Assembly: GCA_051294375.1 (NCBI GenBank)
Contig: CM119265.1
Span: 22,394,636 to 22,458,635, forward strand
Origin: Paraspadella gotoi
Lineage: Eukaryota > Animalia > Chaetognatha
Direction of reading: 5' to 3'
DNA: 64,000 nt
Numbering within the stretch: position 1 is the first letter of the stretch; the number at the start of each line of letters is the position of its first letter. The translations under genes were made by a program, and so were the position numbers. A model generated the notes under the pieces. It saw only the letters and a list, made by a program, of their open reading frames with translations, was not told the origin of the DNA and ran no database searches. Positions 39,699 through 50,789 of the stretch are shown here, in pieces.

Positions 39699-39844
39699 TA
39701 AAAGAAAATTTGAAAGTCGGGAAGATTTGATAAACGATGACAACCTGGAAAATCAGCGGAGGAAAGGAAAAAAAGGGAAAAACCTGACGAAATGAAGTTG
39801 GGACGAAACACCTGCTACCTTAGATTCGTTGGTGTCGTGCAGAG

Positions 39845-39919
<75 letters not shown>

Positions 39920-40107
39920 AGAATTCTTGAAGCTGCGTTAAGCTGTGAGAAAGTCGGAAAGTGTCAAGTGAAGTCGTGAAATATGTGACGAGTTATTATT
40001 GCTTGATGACGAAAGAGGAAAAAGAAAAGAAGAAGTGGGATATGAGAAATGATTTTTCGTATTCGTCTTGTGTTGATTGATGATATATGATAATGTAATG
40101 TAATGTA

Positions 40108-40205
<98 letters not shown>

Positions 40206-43200
40206 TGGCTGTGATTCGTCAAAGAAATATACAAAACATCGTTAATGTCGTTATATCTATGTATTATTATATTAATTTAGTATTAAATCTGTCTTTTTCT
40301 AATCCCTCGTTTTCAGTGATTACTTTTTAGCTTGTTCCCAATTGAAAAAAAAATCTTGGGAAATTTTCTCAGGAAAAATATTCGGGAGATCGAAAAAAAA
40401 AGGAAAAAGGGAAAAAAAAGGGGAAAAATCCTTATTTCCTTTTTCGATGACGAAGACATTTTCATTTTCCGGATGAGGAGGTGGATGAGAGGGAGAAGAG
40501 GCAGAGAAGAAGGCGGAAGGAGAGGAGAGAATTAAAGGAGGAAGGAGATCAGGAAATGAGAGAAGGAAGGAGAGTAGAGAATTAAAGTAAGAAGAAGAGG
40601 AGAAAATGATAGAAGGAAGGAGAGAAGGGAATTAAAGGAAGAAGGAGAGCAGGAAATGATAGAAGAAAGGAGAGGAGGTAATTAAAGGAGGAAATGATAG
40701 GAAGAAAGTGAGGAAGGAGATGAGAGGAAGATGAAGACTAGGGAGAATTAAAGTTTTGGGAATATTATATTAATATTAATAAGACGAATTCGTTAGACGA
40801 GATAAAGAAGAAAGAGAAAATATTAAGGAATGAGAGATGACAAGGAAGAGAAAAAGAAATGGGACAAAGGTCATTGGTCAAGTTAATTAACAGATACATA
40901 TACATTATATAAACGTCATATTTTTCTTTTTTTTTTCTCATCATCAAAAGACATGAAAACATAAGAATCTTCAACCCCAGTATATCAAATAAACCTGACT
41001 GACCTAATAACTTAAAATGGTTTAGCAACTTTTCATTTTCGACGTTTACCATTTATATTTTTTTCTTTTAATCCAATGATTTTCGTCGACGATGTTTTCT
41101 ATTTTCCCTCGGACATTCACAGTTTGCTTAGGCGAAGAAAAACCTTTACTTTCAAATATCAGAAAGCTTTCTTTTATTTTCCTTCATCCAATCAAAGATT
41201 CATTCCCCCACGCTTTCGATCCCTCCATCCGTCTGTCCGTCCGTCCGTCCCTCTTTCTCTCTCCATTTATTCTTCCTCCTTTTCTTTGAGATTTTGTTTT
41301 GATCGTCAGACACGAATACGAAACAATCGGGACGATCGTTCATCATTTTTAGCTTTCGTTCTTTTCTCGGAATTTCTCCTCCTTGATTTTACATCAAATT
41401 TTCAGAGTCGAGATTTTTGGGGTCAGTTTTTCCGTTGGCGGGGGAAGATTATTGGTCGGTCAATTTTTTTTTGACCCAGAACGGAAACTGGGCAAAGAGA
41501 AGAGCAAAGGACAGAAGAGAAAAGAGAAGAGAAGAGAAGAGAAGAGAAAAGAGAAGAGTAGAGAAGAGAAGAGAAGAGAAGAGAAGAGAAGAGAAGAGAA
41601 GAGAAGAGAAGAGAAGAAATAATTATAATAGAGAATAAAGGACAATGAAAGACAAAAGACCAAAAGAGATTAGAATAGAAAAGAGAATGAATAAATAAAT
41701 AAGAAGAATAGAGAAGAAAGGCAAGACAAAAAAAAAACAAAAGAGAAGAAAAATGAATAGAGAAGAGAAGAAAAGAGAAGAAAAAAGAAAGAAAAGTAGA
41801 GAATAACCAGACGAGATGAGCCCCGAGAGATTGTCTCCCCCGTTTATACGCTGGTCGAAGCTCCGTCGTCCATCGTCGGCGTAAATTTTGCGGAGGAGTG
41901 ATACTTTGTTGTTGTTGTTGTTGCTGTCGTTGCTATGGTTTCCTTGTCTCTGAGCTGAAGAAGATGTAGAAGGAGATTATGATGAATAGTCGGAGATGGT
42001 GATGATGATGATGTGAGTGTGAGAATGATGATGATGATGATGATGATGATGATTGGTGTGATGAGTGATGATGATGATGATGTGATTGTGTGATGATGAT
42101 GATGAGTGATGATGATGATTAGGTATTGAATTGATGATGATGATGATGATGATGAGATGATGATGATGATGATGATGGATGATTATGATGAATGTATTGT
42201 GATGAAAGTCCGCGCGGGGGAAGTGTACTGAGAAGATTAGAGGAAGCGTCTATGAACAATCTCGACGGTGCTGGGCGAAGTAAATAAGAGTCCGGGCTTG
42301 CGGTGACTTCTCGGTCTTTCTCTCTCTCTCTCTCTCTCTCAGTTCTCTCTCTCTCTCTCGACCAGCATTGTGAGAAAACCCATTCTTCATCTCTTCGCTG
42401 TCTCTCTGTCTCTTCTCGTCCAGTCTTCCTACTCTCTCTCCTCTCTCTGTCTCTCTCCGTCTATCGTCTCTCTATCTCTGCTCTCTCTTCTCTATCTCTT
42501 CTATGCTTCCTCGCTCCTCTCTCGTTTTATCTTTTCTTTCCGCTCTCTTCTTATCTCTTCTCTCTTCTCTCTTCGCTCCTTCTCTCTTATCCTCTCTCTC
42601 TCTCTCTCCGTTTCGTCTTTCTCTCTCTCATCTCTTTTATTCTTCTAGCGCGGTCCTCTCTCGTCCTTCCTCGGCTGTCTCTCTCTCGCTCGTCACTCTC
42701 CTCTCTCTCTTCTCTCTTCTCTTTCTCTCTCTCTCTCTCGATCTCGCCTCGTCTCTTCTCTGCTCTCTCTCTCTCTCTGACAGTGGAAAACACATCAAAA
42801 TATAAAAGACCTTCGACTGAAATCCCAGACTTACTTCGCCCAACACTCACACACGCGAAAAAAAAAGAAAGTTGAAAGATGCAGCTGCTTTACATCCACT
42901 TTCCAATTTACCAAGGCGTTCAATTACTTCTGACAAAAGTGTAGTTAGCAAAGTTCTCATTGAAAGGAAAAGCTTACTTTATATTTACAGTTTAAAGAAT
43001 TGGTAATATAAAGTAAGGAAATTTAAACTATATGTATCAGTTACCGCGAATCAAAAAATATAAGTAACATGTTCTCTTCTTTCAACACTCAAAAGTCAAC
43101 CGTCAACAGTCAACACCCATCCTTTCCCATCCCCTTAGTCCTACCTCCCCCCACCACGAACAAAAACAAGGCGAGTAACTCAATCTTTCCCCACCAACGT

Positions 43201-45211
43201 CAGTCACAGAAGTCACAAGTATGAAAAAGAAAATATTAAAAAAAACGGAAACAAAGGTTTTTCCGGTTTCACATTCACCCCAACCCATTTTTGCCGGAGA
43301 AGCCAAGGCGGAATCTCTTGGTCTTTAGTTCACGCTTTCATTTTTCACTCCTTCCTTCGTCTCGAGACAAATGAAGCGCTTTGAATTCTCCGGCCAAAAG
43401 AAGCGAAGAGGGGGAAACCGCCCACGTCGTCGTCGTCGTCGTCCGTCGTCGTCGCGTCGCCGTCGTCGTCGTCTCGACGGTCTTCACGCCCACGAACTCC
43501 GCCGCCAAACTAGTCTCTGCTTCTTTCATATTTAATCTTTCATGTTTTCTTTCTTTTTTCTTTCTTTTACTTTTTCTTTTTTCGTCTCATCTTTCCAGTT
43601 TTTTTATCTTCTACTTTTTCTAATTTTGTCCTGTTTTTAATCAAATATATTTTTTATATTATTATATTTCATTAATGTTTAATTTTTGTATAGTATAATG
43701 TTTTATATATATATAGATATAATATAATATAAAATCGAACGTCCAACTTTTTTTGACGCAGAAAAAAAAAAGGATTACGCGGGCAATTTTTTTTATCATC
43801 GCCAAGCGTCACCCGTCAGCGTCATTCGCATAACGTCGCGTTTATCGTATTTTTTTTTTTCAAAATTCCTTACCCATCCCTTCCCCCTTTTTTTCTTACC
43901 TCTTTCCAACCCTCCCCCGCCAAATGGTAGGCGTCTCGCTCGGTCTCCTCCACAGCCTCCACGCCCGCCGCTTCTCCGCTCAACTCACCCAAAGTCTTGT
44001 CCCCGCCGCGGAAACACGCCCCTCACGGGCTCCACCACCCCCGCAGAGCAGCTCACAAACCCGCGGCGGCGGCCGGCGGCGGCGCACCCGGAAGCGGCGG
44101 CGGTGGGGGCGGGACGACGCCAACCACCTTCCGCGCAGCGCAGAACCGCTGCGGCGACGCTGGAGAATACCGGGACTCACATCGAGCGGTGAGTTGGCGA
44201 AGAAAAGAGATGGAGGGATGATAATAAGGTTGGCTGGGAATTTGGGAATCTCATCTAGTGTCTCTGTCTCTGATCTCTCCTCTTCTCGCTCTCTCATCTC
44301 GTTCTATCTCTCATCTCTCTCTCTCTCTCCTTCTCTCTTCTCTCTCTCCTTCTCTCTCTCTACGATTTAAAGATTTAAATATTTAAAGATTTAAGATTTA
44401 AGAATTTAAGAATTAGATTCAAGATTTTAGATTTTAAGATTTAAGAAGATTTTAAGATTTAAGATTTTAAGAATTTTAAAGATTTTAAAGATTTAAGATT
44501 TTAAGATTTTAAGAGTCTAATATATTTAAAAATTTAATTTATTTTAAAACGACGTTGAGACTTGAAAGCGTCAAAAGAAGACGATTGACGTCGCAGGGAT
44601 GATGACGACCTCCACGGTTGAGGTCAGAATGAGAAGCGAAGGGCCGTGACGGCATGACGGGGGGCGTGGCCGGGGGCGGCGTCGTGGCGGGGGTTTCGCT
44701 TTATTAATTTCATCTCTGACACGAACTGATGACGCGGTGACGCGCGAGGCAGGTTCCGACGCGTAGGAGAGAGAGGGAGAGAGAGTTATTTCGCTCTCTA
44801 ATCTTTCCTTCTCTTCTTCTCTTCTCTCTCTCTATTTCTCTCTCTCTTACTCTTTCTCTCTACTCCACTCTCCCTCTCATTTTCTCTACTCTCTCTACTC
44901 TCTTCTCTTCTCCTCTCTCTCTCTCTCTCTCCTCTGTCTCTCTCTCTCTCTCCTCTCTTCTACTCTCCTCTCTCTCTCTTCTCTCTCTCCTCTCTCTCTA
45001 TTTTCGTCTCTATCTTTAGTCTTTTCCTCCCTTTATCTCTTTCTCTTCATTGTTATCTCTGCTCTTTATCTCTCTCCTCTATCTGTTTTTCTTCTCTCTC
45101 TCGGTCGCCTCTCTTCCCTTTCTTTCTCTCCTTCTTTCCTCATCTCTTTCTCTCTCTCTCTTTCTCCCTCCTCTCTCCTCCCTCTCTCTCCCTCTCCTTC
45201 TCTCTCTCTCC

Positions 45212-45244
<33 letters not shown>

Positions 45245-48200
45245 CTCTCCCTCTCTTTCTCTCCTTTCCCCCTTCCTCTTTTTTCCTTTGAAAAGAGCCA
45301 GGAACGCGAGATAACTCTCCTCTCCGACTTTCCCCTTTTATTAATAAGATTACATTAGAAAATGTCAGGGAAAATGATTGAATATCTGCATCTTTTTTTT
45401 TATTTCGCCCTCAAGAGAGACGACGCACGTTTTTTTATTATCTTTTTTAGCTTTTTTCCTCTTTTTTTCCTCTCAACAAATTATGATTTGATTATGTCAT
45501 TCTCGCCAACCATGAAAAGATTTTGTGTAATGTTTTTTTTTTTTTTATTTTTAAAAATCCAATTAAAAAAAATTAAAAGCCATCTTACTTTAACCTTACT
45601 CCCAGTTTAAATTTTTTTTATTATTTCTATTATTATCATATTTATTTTTTTTCTCGTTTTATCTTTATCCTTTTATCATCTCAATCTTTCATTTTCAATT
45701 TTTTTGCAACAAATTATTTTTGTTCTAATAATCTATAAACAAATCTATAAACTAAACTAAACCTACTTGTTTCCCCTTCCCCCTTCACCCTCCCTTCCCC
45801 CCCTTCCCCCTTCCCCTCATTCCCCCTTCCCCCTTCCCCTTCCCCTTCCTCATCCCCCTCCCCTCCTGCCCCTTCCCCTCATCCCCCTTCCCCCTTCCAC
45901 CTCTTCCCCCTTCCCCCTCATTCCCCCCCCCTTCCCCCTCCCTCATTCCCCTCTTTCCCCCCTTCCACCTCCCTTCCCTCTCCCCCTTCCCCCCTTCCCC
46001 TTCCCCATTCCCCCTTCCACCTCCTTCCCCCTTCCCCTCCATTCCCCCTTCCCCCTCCTTCCCCTTCCCTCATTCCCCCTTCCCCCTCCACCTCCTTCCC
46101 CCCTCCCCCTCCTTCCCCTTCCCCCCATTCCCACCTTCCCCTCCTTTCCCCCTTCCCCTCTCTATTCCCCCTTCCTCCTCCACCTCCTTCCCCTCCTTTC
46201 CCCCTCTTTCCCCCTTCCCCTCCTTCCCCCTTCCCCTCATTTCCCCCTTCCCCCCTTCCACCTTCCTTCCCCCTTCAACCTCCTTCCCCCTTCCCCCTCA
46301 TTCCCCCTTCCTCCTCATTCCCCTTCCCCCCCCTTCCCCCCCTTACCCCTCCACTCTCCCCCCCCAAAAAAGAGGCGGGTGGCGGTGCACGGCAACATTG
46401 ATGGCGTCTTCAGCCGGGAGGGAGTGATTCCCACCAGCGGAGGTCACCACCTCACCATCACCACCACCGCGAGACGGTGGGATCGGGAGGAGGAGGAGGA
46501 GGAGGAGGAGGTGGAGGGGTGGAAACGCGTCCGTCGCTGACGCAACAACGTCGAGACCGGGTCGTTCATGGGCTCGTTCGCCCGGGTCGCCGACCGCCCC
46601 CGGGCGTCGCCCAGTTAAGGTGATGGGTTCGTGGGAGGTTTTTTTTGCTTCGAGGTGGAATCCTCGGAGTGTGGTTTTTTTTTGGGGGGGGGCCGAAGTG
46701 GTGATGTGAGGGTTTGTTTTGAAGGAAGAAAAAAAATTGTTTTGTTGTTTTTGTGGCTTTTTGATTGCTTGCTTACATCTCGTTTTTTTTTTAAATCTCG
46801 AGCGGGAAGACAAATAAGAAAAAGAGAAAACACCCTTCTAGCTTTTGGCTGCGGGTGGTTTTCGTCTTCGTCCGCCAGGGTCGCAACGAGCGCTTCGATC
46901 TTAAGTCGAAAAAAAAAAGGAATATGACAAAAGGGAAACGAGGAACTTTTTTTCTTTCCTTCTTTCTCTTTACGACGAGAGTAAATCATTTTCTCGTGTC
47001 GCTTGAAGGAAAGTCTCTCTCTNNNNNNNNNNNNNNNNNNNNNNNNNNNNNNNNNNNNNNNNNNNNNNNNNNNNNNNNNNNNNNNNNNNNNNNNNNNNNN
47101 NNNNNNNNNNNNNNNNNNNNNNNNNNNNNNNNNNNNNNNNNNNNNNNNNNNNNNNNNNNNNNNNNNNNNNNNNNNNNNNNNNNNTTCCCTTATTTTAATT
47201 CCATTTTAAAAATGAATAACGGGGTCGATTGTTGCTGTTGTTGTTGTTATTGTTGTCTTTTTGTCATCTCCGTTATTTCGCTTAAACGCCACAGGATTCG
47301 CTTCTTGTTCTTTCCGCTTTTTCTTTAAATATTTTTTATTGTCATGTAAACAAACAATTAGATAATCGTATCGCGTAGACTGCACTCTCTTTTCCCCTCG
47401 CATCTAAATTCATATTATTTTTTTCCTTACATATTATATATACACTCATATATTCACCTACCCCTATTTAATTTCCGCCAAAAGTAGTACTNNNNNNNNN
47501 NNNNNNNNNNNNNNNNNNNNNNNNNNNNNNNNNNNNNNNNNNNNNNNNNNNNNNNNNNNNNNNNNNNNNNNNNNNNNNNNNNNNNNNNNNNNNNNNNNNN
47601 NNAAAAAAAAACAACCAAAGTTCGTTACTGTTACACTACTAAAATAATTTTATTTTCTTTAACACGTTTTCTTTACCTTTTTTTTTCTCCTCCCCCGAAT
47701 GCAAACCTAATACAAAACAAAACATTACACGCACTAATTGCCCACACGTTCTCACTCATCCCGTTCACGCGCCGGTCGAATTTGAAAAAAAAACAAAACA
47801 AATGAACAAACGTTTATCCCTTTTTTTTTAATTTATAAACCGGGTCTCTCCGAAAATGTTTGTTGTTCAATCTCCGCCGTCCACGTCTGAATCTTAAATA
47901 TTAAACGACCTTTCCCCGCGACTTCGGTTATCTCGTAATTCCTTACCTTTATTTATCATCCTCGCCTTCGAATCGACAATCGACGGCGCCGTCTTACGTC
48001 TCCTTCTTCCACGCCCACTTCCGCCTTACGCAGCACGTACGCCGAATGATCCAACGCGCGTCCCGCGTCACGCAACGGTCTCACTCTGTCCGCGCGGCGA
48101 CGCTGGATCGTCGCGCGCAGCCTTCGTTCCAGGCGGCGCCGTCTTCGCAATTCGACGCCGCGACGCCGTCGTCGCCCCAGCGGCAGCGAAGAGACGTCGG

Positions 48201-49413
48201 CGCCTCGAAAGACTCGGCCTCTCCGTCGCCGTCATCGTCGCCGCGACGAAGCAGCGCCGCCGCCGCCGCTTGCTCGAGCGCCTCGCGCGACACTCCTACC
48301 CAACATCCCTTCGCCGCAGCTCTCCACTCCGCCGCCCTCAAGGAAGTAGACTCGGCGGCCGTCGCCGCCATCGCCGCCGCCGCCGCTTCGGCCCGATCGG
48401 CGAAGACTCTAGCGCCTCCGCCGTCGTCGTCACCGCGACGCCGAGGAGCGTCGTCGTCACGCTGCGGCGCCGCGACGCTATCGACAACGACGACGCCGTC
48501 GACGACGCCGACGACGCCGCGAGATTGCCGCTCCGAAGCCACGTCACCGTCTTACCTCACCCCCGGCGTTCCGGGATCTCCGACGCCGGTTCCATTCTAC
48601 ATGCGATGGTTGCCTTACCACGACGCCAGGTCGACGCCGCTCGCCGCCACCGGCGCCACCGGCGGTGGAACCACTTCCAGCGTCAACGACGACGCCGATC
48701 AGGTGGGGAACGCCGATTCGAGCGCCGCCGCTGTCGCCGCCGCGGACGCGCCGATGTCGCCTTCCAGAATTCTCGCTCATCTTATGTCGCAAAGAACGAA
48801 AGACGAGACAACGACGACGATAACGACGACGACGACGCCGACGACGACGACGATGAACCAGTTGGAGCAGTTGGAGTTGTTCAATTCGTACTATGACCCG
48901 ACGTCAAGTGGAGATGCACAGGTAGCGTCGTTTTTAAAAATCTTCTTTAGTTTTGAAAAAAAAAAAAAATTTTACCTTAAAAGACGTTTTTTAAACTGTT
49001 ATGAGTTATAGCGTGAGATCTCGACTGAGATAAAATAAAAAATCTAGTCTAGTCGTTGACTTGATTGAAACCAATCAATCACTAGTGATAATCATCATTT
49101 GGTTTCGATTGATTTAGTCGAAGAGAAATGTTTGTTTCTTTAATCGATATAACAAATACAAAAATAAAATTAATCGATAATCGAGCTAAAAAACTTCAGT
49201 TGCCAAAACTTCAAAAGTTCAATATTCAGGTATCGTTTTCAATTTTTCCCTTTTTTTTTCATCCCTTTTTCTCCATTTTTTTTTCCTCCCCTATTTTTTC
49301 ATTTCGCCCTAAACTATTTTTTTTTAATCGCTTTCGTTTTCTACCAACAAAAACAGAATCTGTGCACTTCACTCATTTTCACCGCTTTATACTGTATCGC
49401 GCTTTTTGTGTCA

Positions 49414-49460
<47 letters not shown>

Positions 49461-50354
49461 TATTGTTTCCAATATTTACCTTTCCTTTCTCTTGCGACTG
49501 TAACATTGTACATCAGCTGAATATTGAACCGTCAACCTAATTAATCCAATTAATACGCCTAATACCTTAATGCTTGGTGCATACATAGCATATGCGCTAT
49601 CATATTAACGCATTTCATTTTGTAGTCTTTCCCTAACGCTTTAGTATAGTAGATCAAATAGCTTTGTCATTAAACCCCGCGATTCCAAACGCTTTTCCTC
49701 TTTCTCGCATCGCTTCCCTATCGCGATCGCATTGATAATCTGTGGCTTAACTTTAAAAATCTGTAGAAATACAGGGTTATAGTATTTTGGTGGGATTTTT
49801 AAAAAGATATCCCCTATTCATCGAAATCCAAAAAGGATTTTTTTAAAAATTGTTACGAACGAGAGTAGCTAAGCGACGCTGCGGACATGTAAGAAACTTA
49901 TTTTGGTTCTATATAAATATATATAGCTTTTTAAAATTAAAAAAATTATTTAATCCAAAGTTCTTTGTCCACGGTGCTTTAGGTCCGCCGTCGTTATAGT
50001 TTTTTATAAACGAGTTTAGTCCTTAACTTTTTTCAAAACTCAGGATTCGTTTCTTCAATGACGTCAGAATCGAAACGAGATCACACTGGTTCGCTCTTCT
50101 TTTAATTTTTTTAACAAACTTTTTTGTTCACTATGTATTTAATTAAATACGATCCAGTTTGATCTCTCGACTTACTTTAACGACTTTGTCCGCCGATCGT
50201 CGCGCCATCTTTCCTTCAGATTCTTTAACGTCGCCGCCATTTTGTTTTTTCTCCCATCCTCTCTCTCCCCCGCAGAACGCGCCGTGGAAATCTCGACTGT
50301 CCACAATCAAAAATTCCTTCTTAGGAAGCCCCAGATTTCACAGAAGGAAAATGG
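19698..50354 (+). CDS. BRSK2: BRSK/SAD-1 family Ser/Thr kinase (BRSK1/BRSK2/sad-1/sff-like), partial multi-exon gene: join(19698..19894,27747..27999,36164..36238,43931..44188,46373..46619,48034..48921,50276..50354); 5' catalytic and 3' KA1 exons not seen in window
   Basis: Exon translations carry family-diagnostic blocks in the correct order: HPW...[82 protein letters not shown]. Splice sites are AG/GT with compatible phases. The symbol denotes the family; invertebrates typically have one BRSK1/2 orthologue. Confidence 0.93.
20053..20743 (-). CDS. Putative nested antisense two-exon ORF (20539-20743 [28 protein letters not shown]...; 20053-20156 [34 protein letters not shown])
   Basis: Protein-like composition and compatible phase-1 join, but the second acceptor lacks a pyrimidine tract. 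Confidence 0.25.
21299..21443. mobile_element. 145-bp MITE-like hairpin element with perfect 27-bp terminal inverted repeats (TTAA at both outer ends) and an inner 12-bp inverted repeat
   Basis: ttaacgaaaaatggttttgagttcaac (21299-21325) / gttgaactcaaaaccatttttcgttaa (21417-21443); atgtttcgactc / gagtcgaaacat inside. Confidence 0.55.
27747..27999 (+). CDS. BRSK2: BRSK/SAD kinase exon: end of UBA ([25 protein letters not shown]), Gly/Ser insert, [20 protein letters not shown]; 3' end at 27995 (GC donor) or 27999 (GT donor)
   Basis: ctaac branch point at 27726-27730; atccag| acceptor; the phase-2 join AA|G restores Lys in frame with the preceding exon; conserved BRSK motifs. Confidence 0.95.
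29577..29765 (-). promoter_or_regulatory. 3' UTR of the RRM gene with three U-rich/GUAGU modules (29652-29736) and AAUAAA polyadenylation signal (29577-29582)
   Basis: Sense strand reads ...GGUAGUAGUUUUUUUUAUUGAUGUAGUU...UUUUUUAUUGAUGUAGUU...UUUUAUUGAUUGUAGUU..., with AAUAAA about 185 nt after the stop. Confidence 0.55.
29766..31216 (-). CDS. Nested two-exon RRM-domain RNA-binding protein (~243 aa; hnRNP A/B / Musashi / DAZAP1-like RRM1, possible degenerate RRM2): complement(join(29766..30254,30974..31216))
   Basis: aaaATG start; RNP2 LFVGDL; RNP1 RKFAIVYF; RRM end GPHFIQ|GKRVLIEP spans a phase-0 intron with caa|gtaagt and tcttccag|ggc sites; second RNP1-like QFAFVTL; TAG at 29766-29768; strong GC3 bias against AT-rich flanks. 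Confidence 0.88.
31470..31510 (-). promoter_or_regulatory. Candidate TATA box (TATAAAAG, 31501-31508) with initiator-like ATTCAC about 30 nt downstream, for the nested RRM gene
   Basis: Consensus TATAWAAG in the right orientation about 290 nt upstream of the RRM ATG; motif only. Confidence 0.35.
33731..33797. repeat. (TTA)n microsatellite
   Basis: Direct reading. Confidence 0.95.
35664..35983. repeat. Minisatellite, ~66-bp unit x5 (gcaatgaatcgcgaattgggcaagcaattgcgtcatattattattaaatcacatttgctttgtgat)
   Basis: Unit starts at 35664, 35729, 35796, 35861, 35926. Confidence 0.92.
36164..36238 (+). CDS. BRSK2: Probable BRSK/SAD exon [25 protein letters not shown]
   Basis: tttttccacag| acceptor; 75 nt, phase 0-0; |gttaag donor; isolated GC-richer island; SPITGRR resembles the family GSP(V/L)xxRR motif. 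Confidence 0.7.
37382..37636 (-). CDS. Putative nested antisense acidic terminal exon (...[56 protein letters not shown])
   Basis: Open frame with an interrupted Asp run followed by a plausible amphipathic helix; no homology recognised. Confidence 0.25.
   Translation of the reverse strand: MVSNWSCGLKKRKSINCDSQDFQLVGVEGREDLESDDDDDDNDDYDDDDDEIFNKTRDRESDFIYALLAHLRWRNDEDEDKDES
39318..39420. repeat. (GAGGGGC/GAGGGC)n G-rich tandem repeat
   Basis: Direct reading. Confidence 0.85.
40112..40205. repeat. (TAA)n microsatellite
   Basis: Direct reading. Confidence 0.95.
40530..40755. repeat. Purine-rich degenerate tandem repeat (agaattaaaggaggaaggaga...ggaaatgatagaagg)
   Basis: aattaaag recurs about every 50 bp. 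Confidence 0.7.
41510..41620. repeat. (AGAAG)n pentanucleotide microsatellite
   Basis: Direct reading. Confidence 0.9.
41995..42205. repeat. Imperfect (GAT)n microsatellite
   Basis: Direct reading. Confidence 0.9.
43931..44188 (+). CDS. BRSK2: BRSK/SAD exon [28 protein letters not shown]...GEYRDSHRA
   Basis: C-rich tract with tag| acceptor; gcg|gtgagt donor; 258 nt open frame, phase 0-0; matches BRSK SRSIS...SPLSSPR segment. Confidence 0.85.
44365..44515. repeat. (TTTAAGA)n heptamer microsatellite (copy at 56220-56370)
   Basis: Direct reading. Confidence 0.85.
44580..44765. promoter_or_regulatory. Intronic CpG island with GC boxes (GGGGCGTGGC, GGGGCGG) and TGACG half-sites; candidate enhancer or internal promoter
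   Basis: Motif cluster; no convincing splice sites. Confidence 0.25.
45770..46365. repeat. ~600-bp (CCCCTT/CCCCCTT)n-like homopyrimidine tract
   Basis: Nearly pure C/T with repeated C4-C5 runs. Confidence 0.9.
46373..46619 (+). CDS. BRSK2: Probable BRSK/SAD linker exon ([26 protein letters not shown]..., His- and Gly-rich), with apparent frameshift(s) in the assembly
   Basis: GC-rich island after a 600-bp pyrimidine tract; aag| acceptor; aag|gtgatg donor; 247 nt (3n+1), so at least one indel is needed to stay in frame. Confidence 0.5.
48034..48921 (+). CDS. BRSK2: Large (296-codon) Ser/Thr/Ala/Pro-rich exon, probably part of the BRSK/SAD linker ([11 protein letters not shown]...[11 protein letters not shown])
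   Basis: 888-nt stop-free GC-rich frame; ttacgcag| acceptor; cag|gtagcg donor; the phase-0 end joins in frame to the conserved exon at 50276. Confidence 0.72.
50276..50354 (+). CDS. BRSK2: BRSK/SAD exon with short conserved region [26 protein letters not shown]
   Basis: Pyrimidine tract plus ccccgcag| acceptor; atgg|gtgagt donor; near-invariant BRSK/SAD motif. Confidence 0.95.
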
Positions 50355-50380
50355 GTGAGTCACTCTGCGCAAAGTGGATC

Positions 50381-50655
50381 GAGGATGAGAGCGGATGAAA
50401 AAAACCGGAGTGAGATGAAAAAAAAATAATTGAAGATGATAGAAAATGAGAAAATCGAAGTGAGGAGGGACAAAAATAATTGGGGATGAAAGCGAATGAG
50501 AAAACCGGAGTGAGGATGAACAAAAATAATTGAAGATGAGAGCGGATGGAAAAAACCGGAGTGAGATGAGAAAAAATAGTTGAAGATGATAATGGAAAAC
50601 CAAAGTGTGGATGAACAAAAATAATTGATGATGATAGCGAATGAGAAAACGAGGG
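50381..50655. repeat. Degenerate ~50-bp purine-rich tandem repeat (gaagatgagagcggatgaaaaaaccggagtgagatgaaaaaaataatt), ~5-6 copies
   Basis: Recurring aaaaccggagtgag and aaaaataattga blocks. Confidence 0.75.
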
Positions 50656-50789
50656 TTGAAGTTGACCAAAGAAGATCGACGATGAATGAGAATAAGCTTT
50701 TGTGAATTTGGTTGAATGAAGAATATATATGAGCCAAAGAAAGACTGTGTTCCATCGCCGTGATGGCGTCAGCTAAGATGAGACACAGG

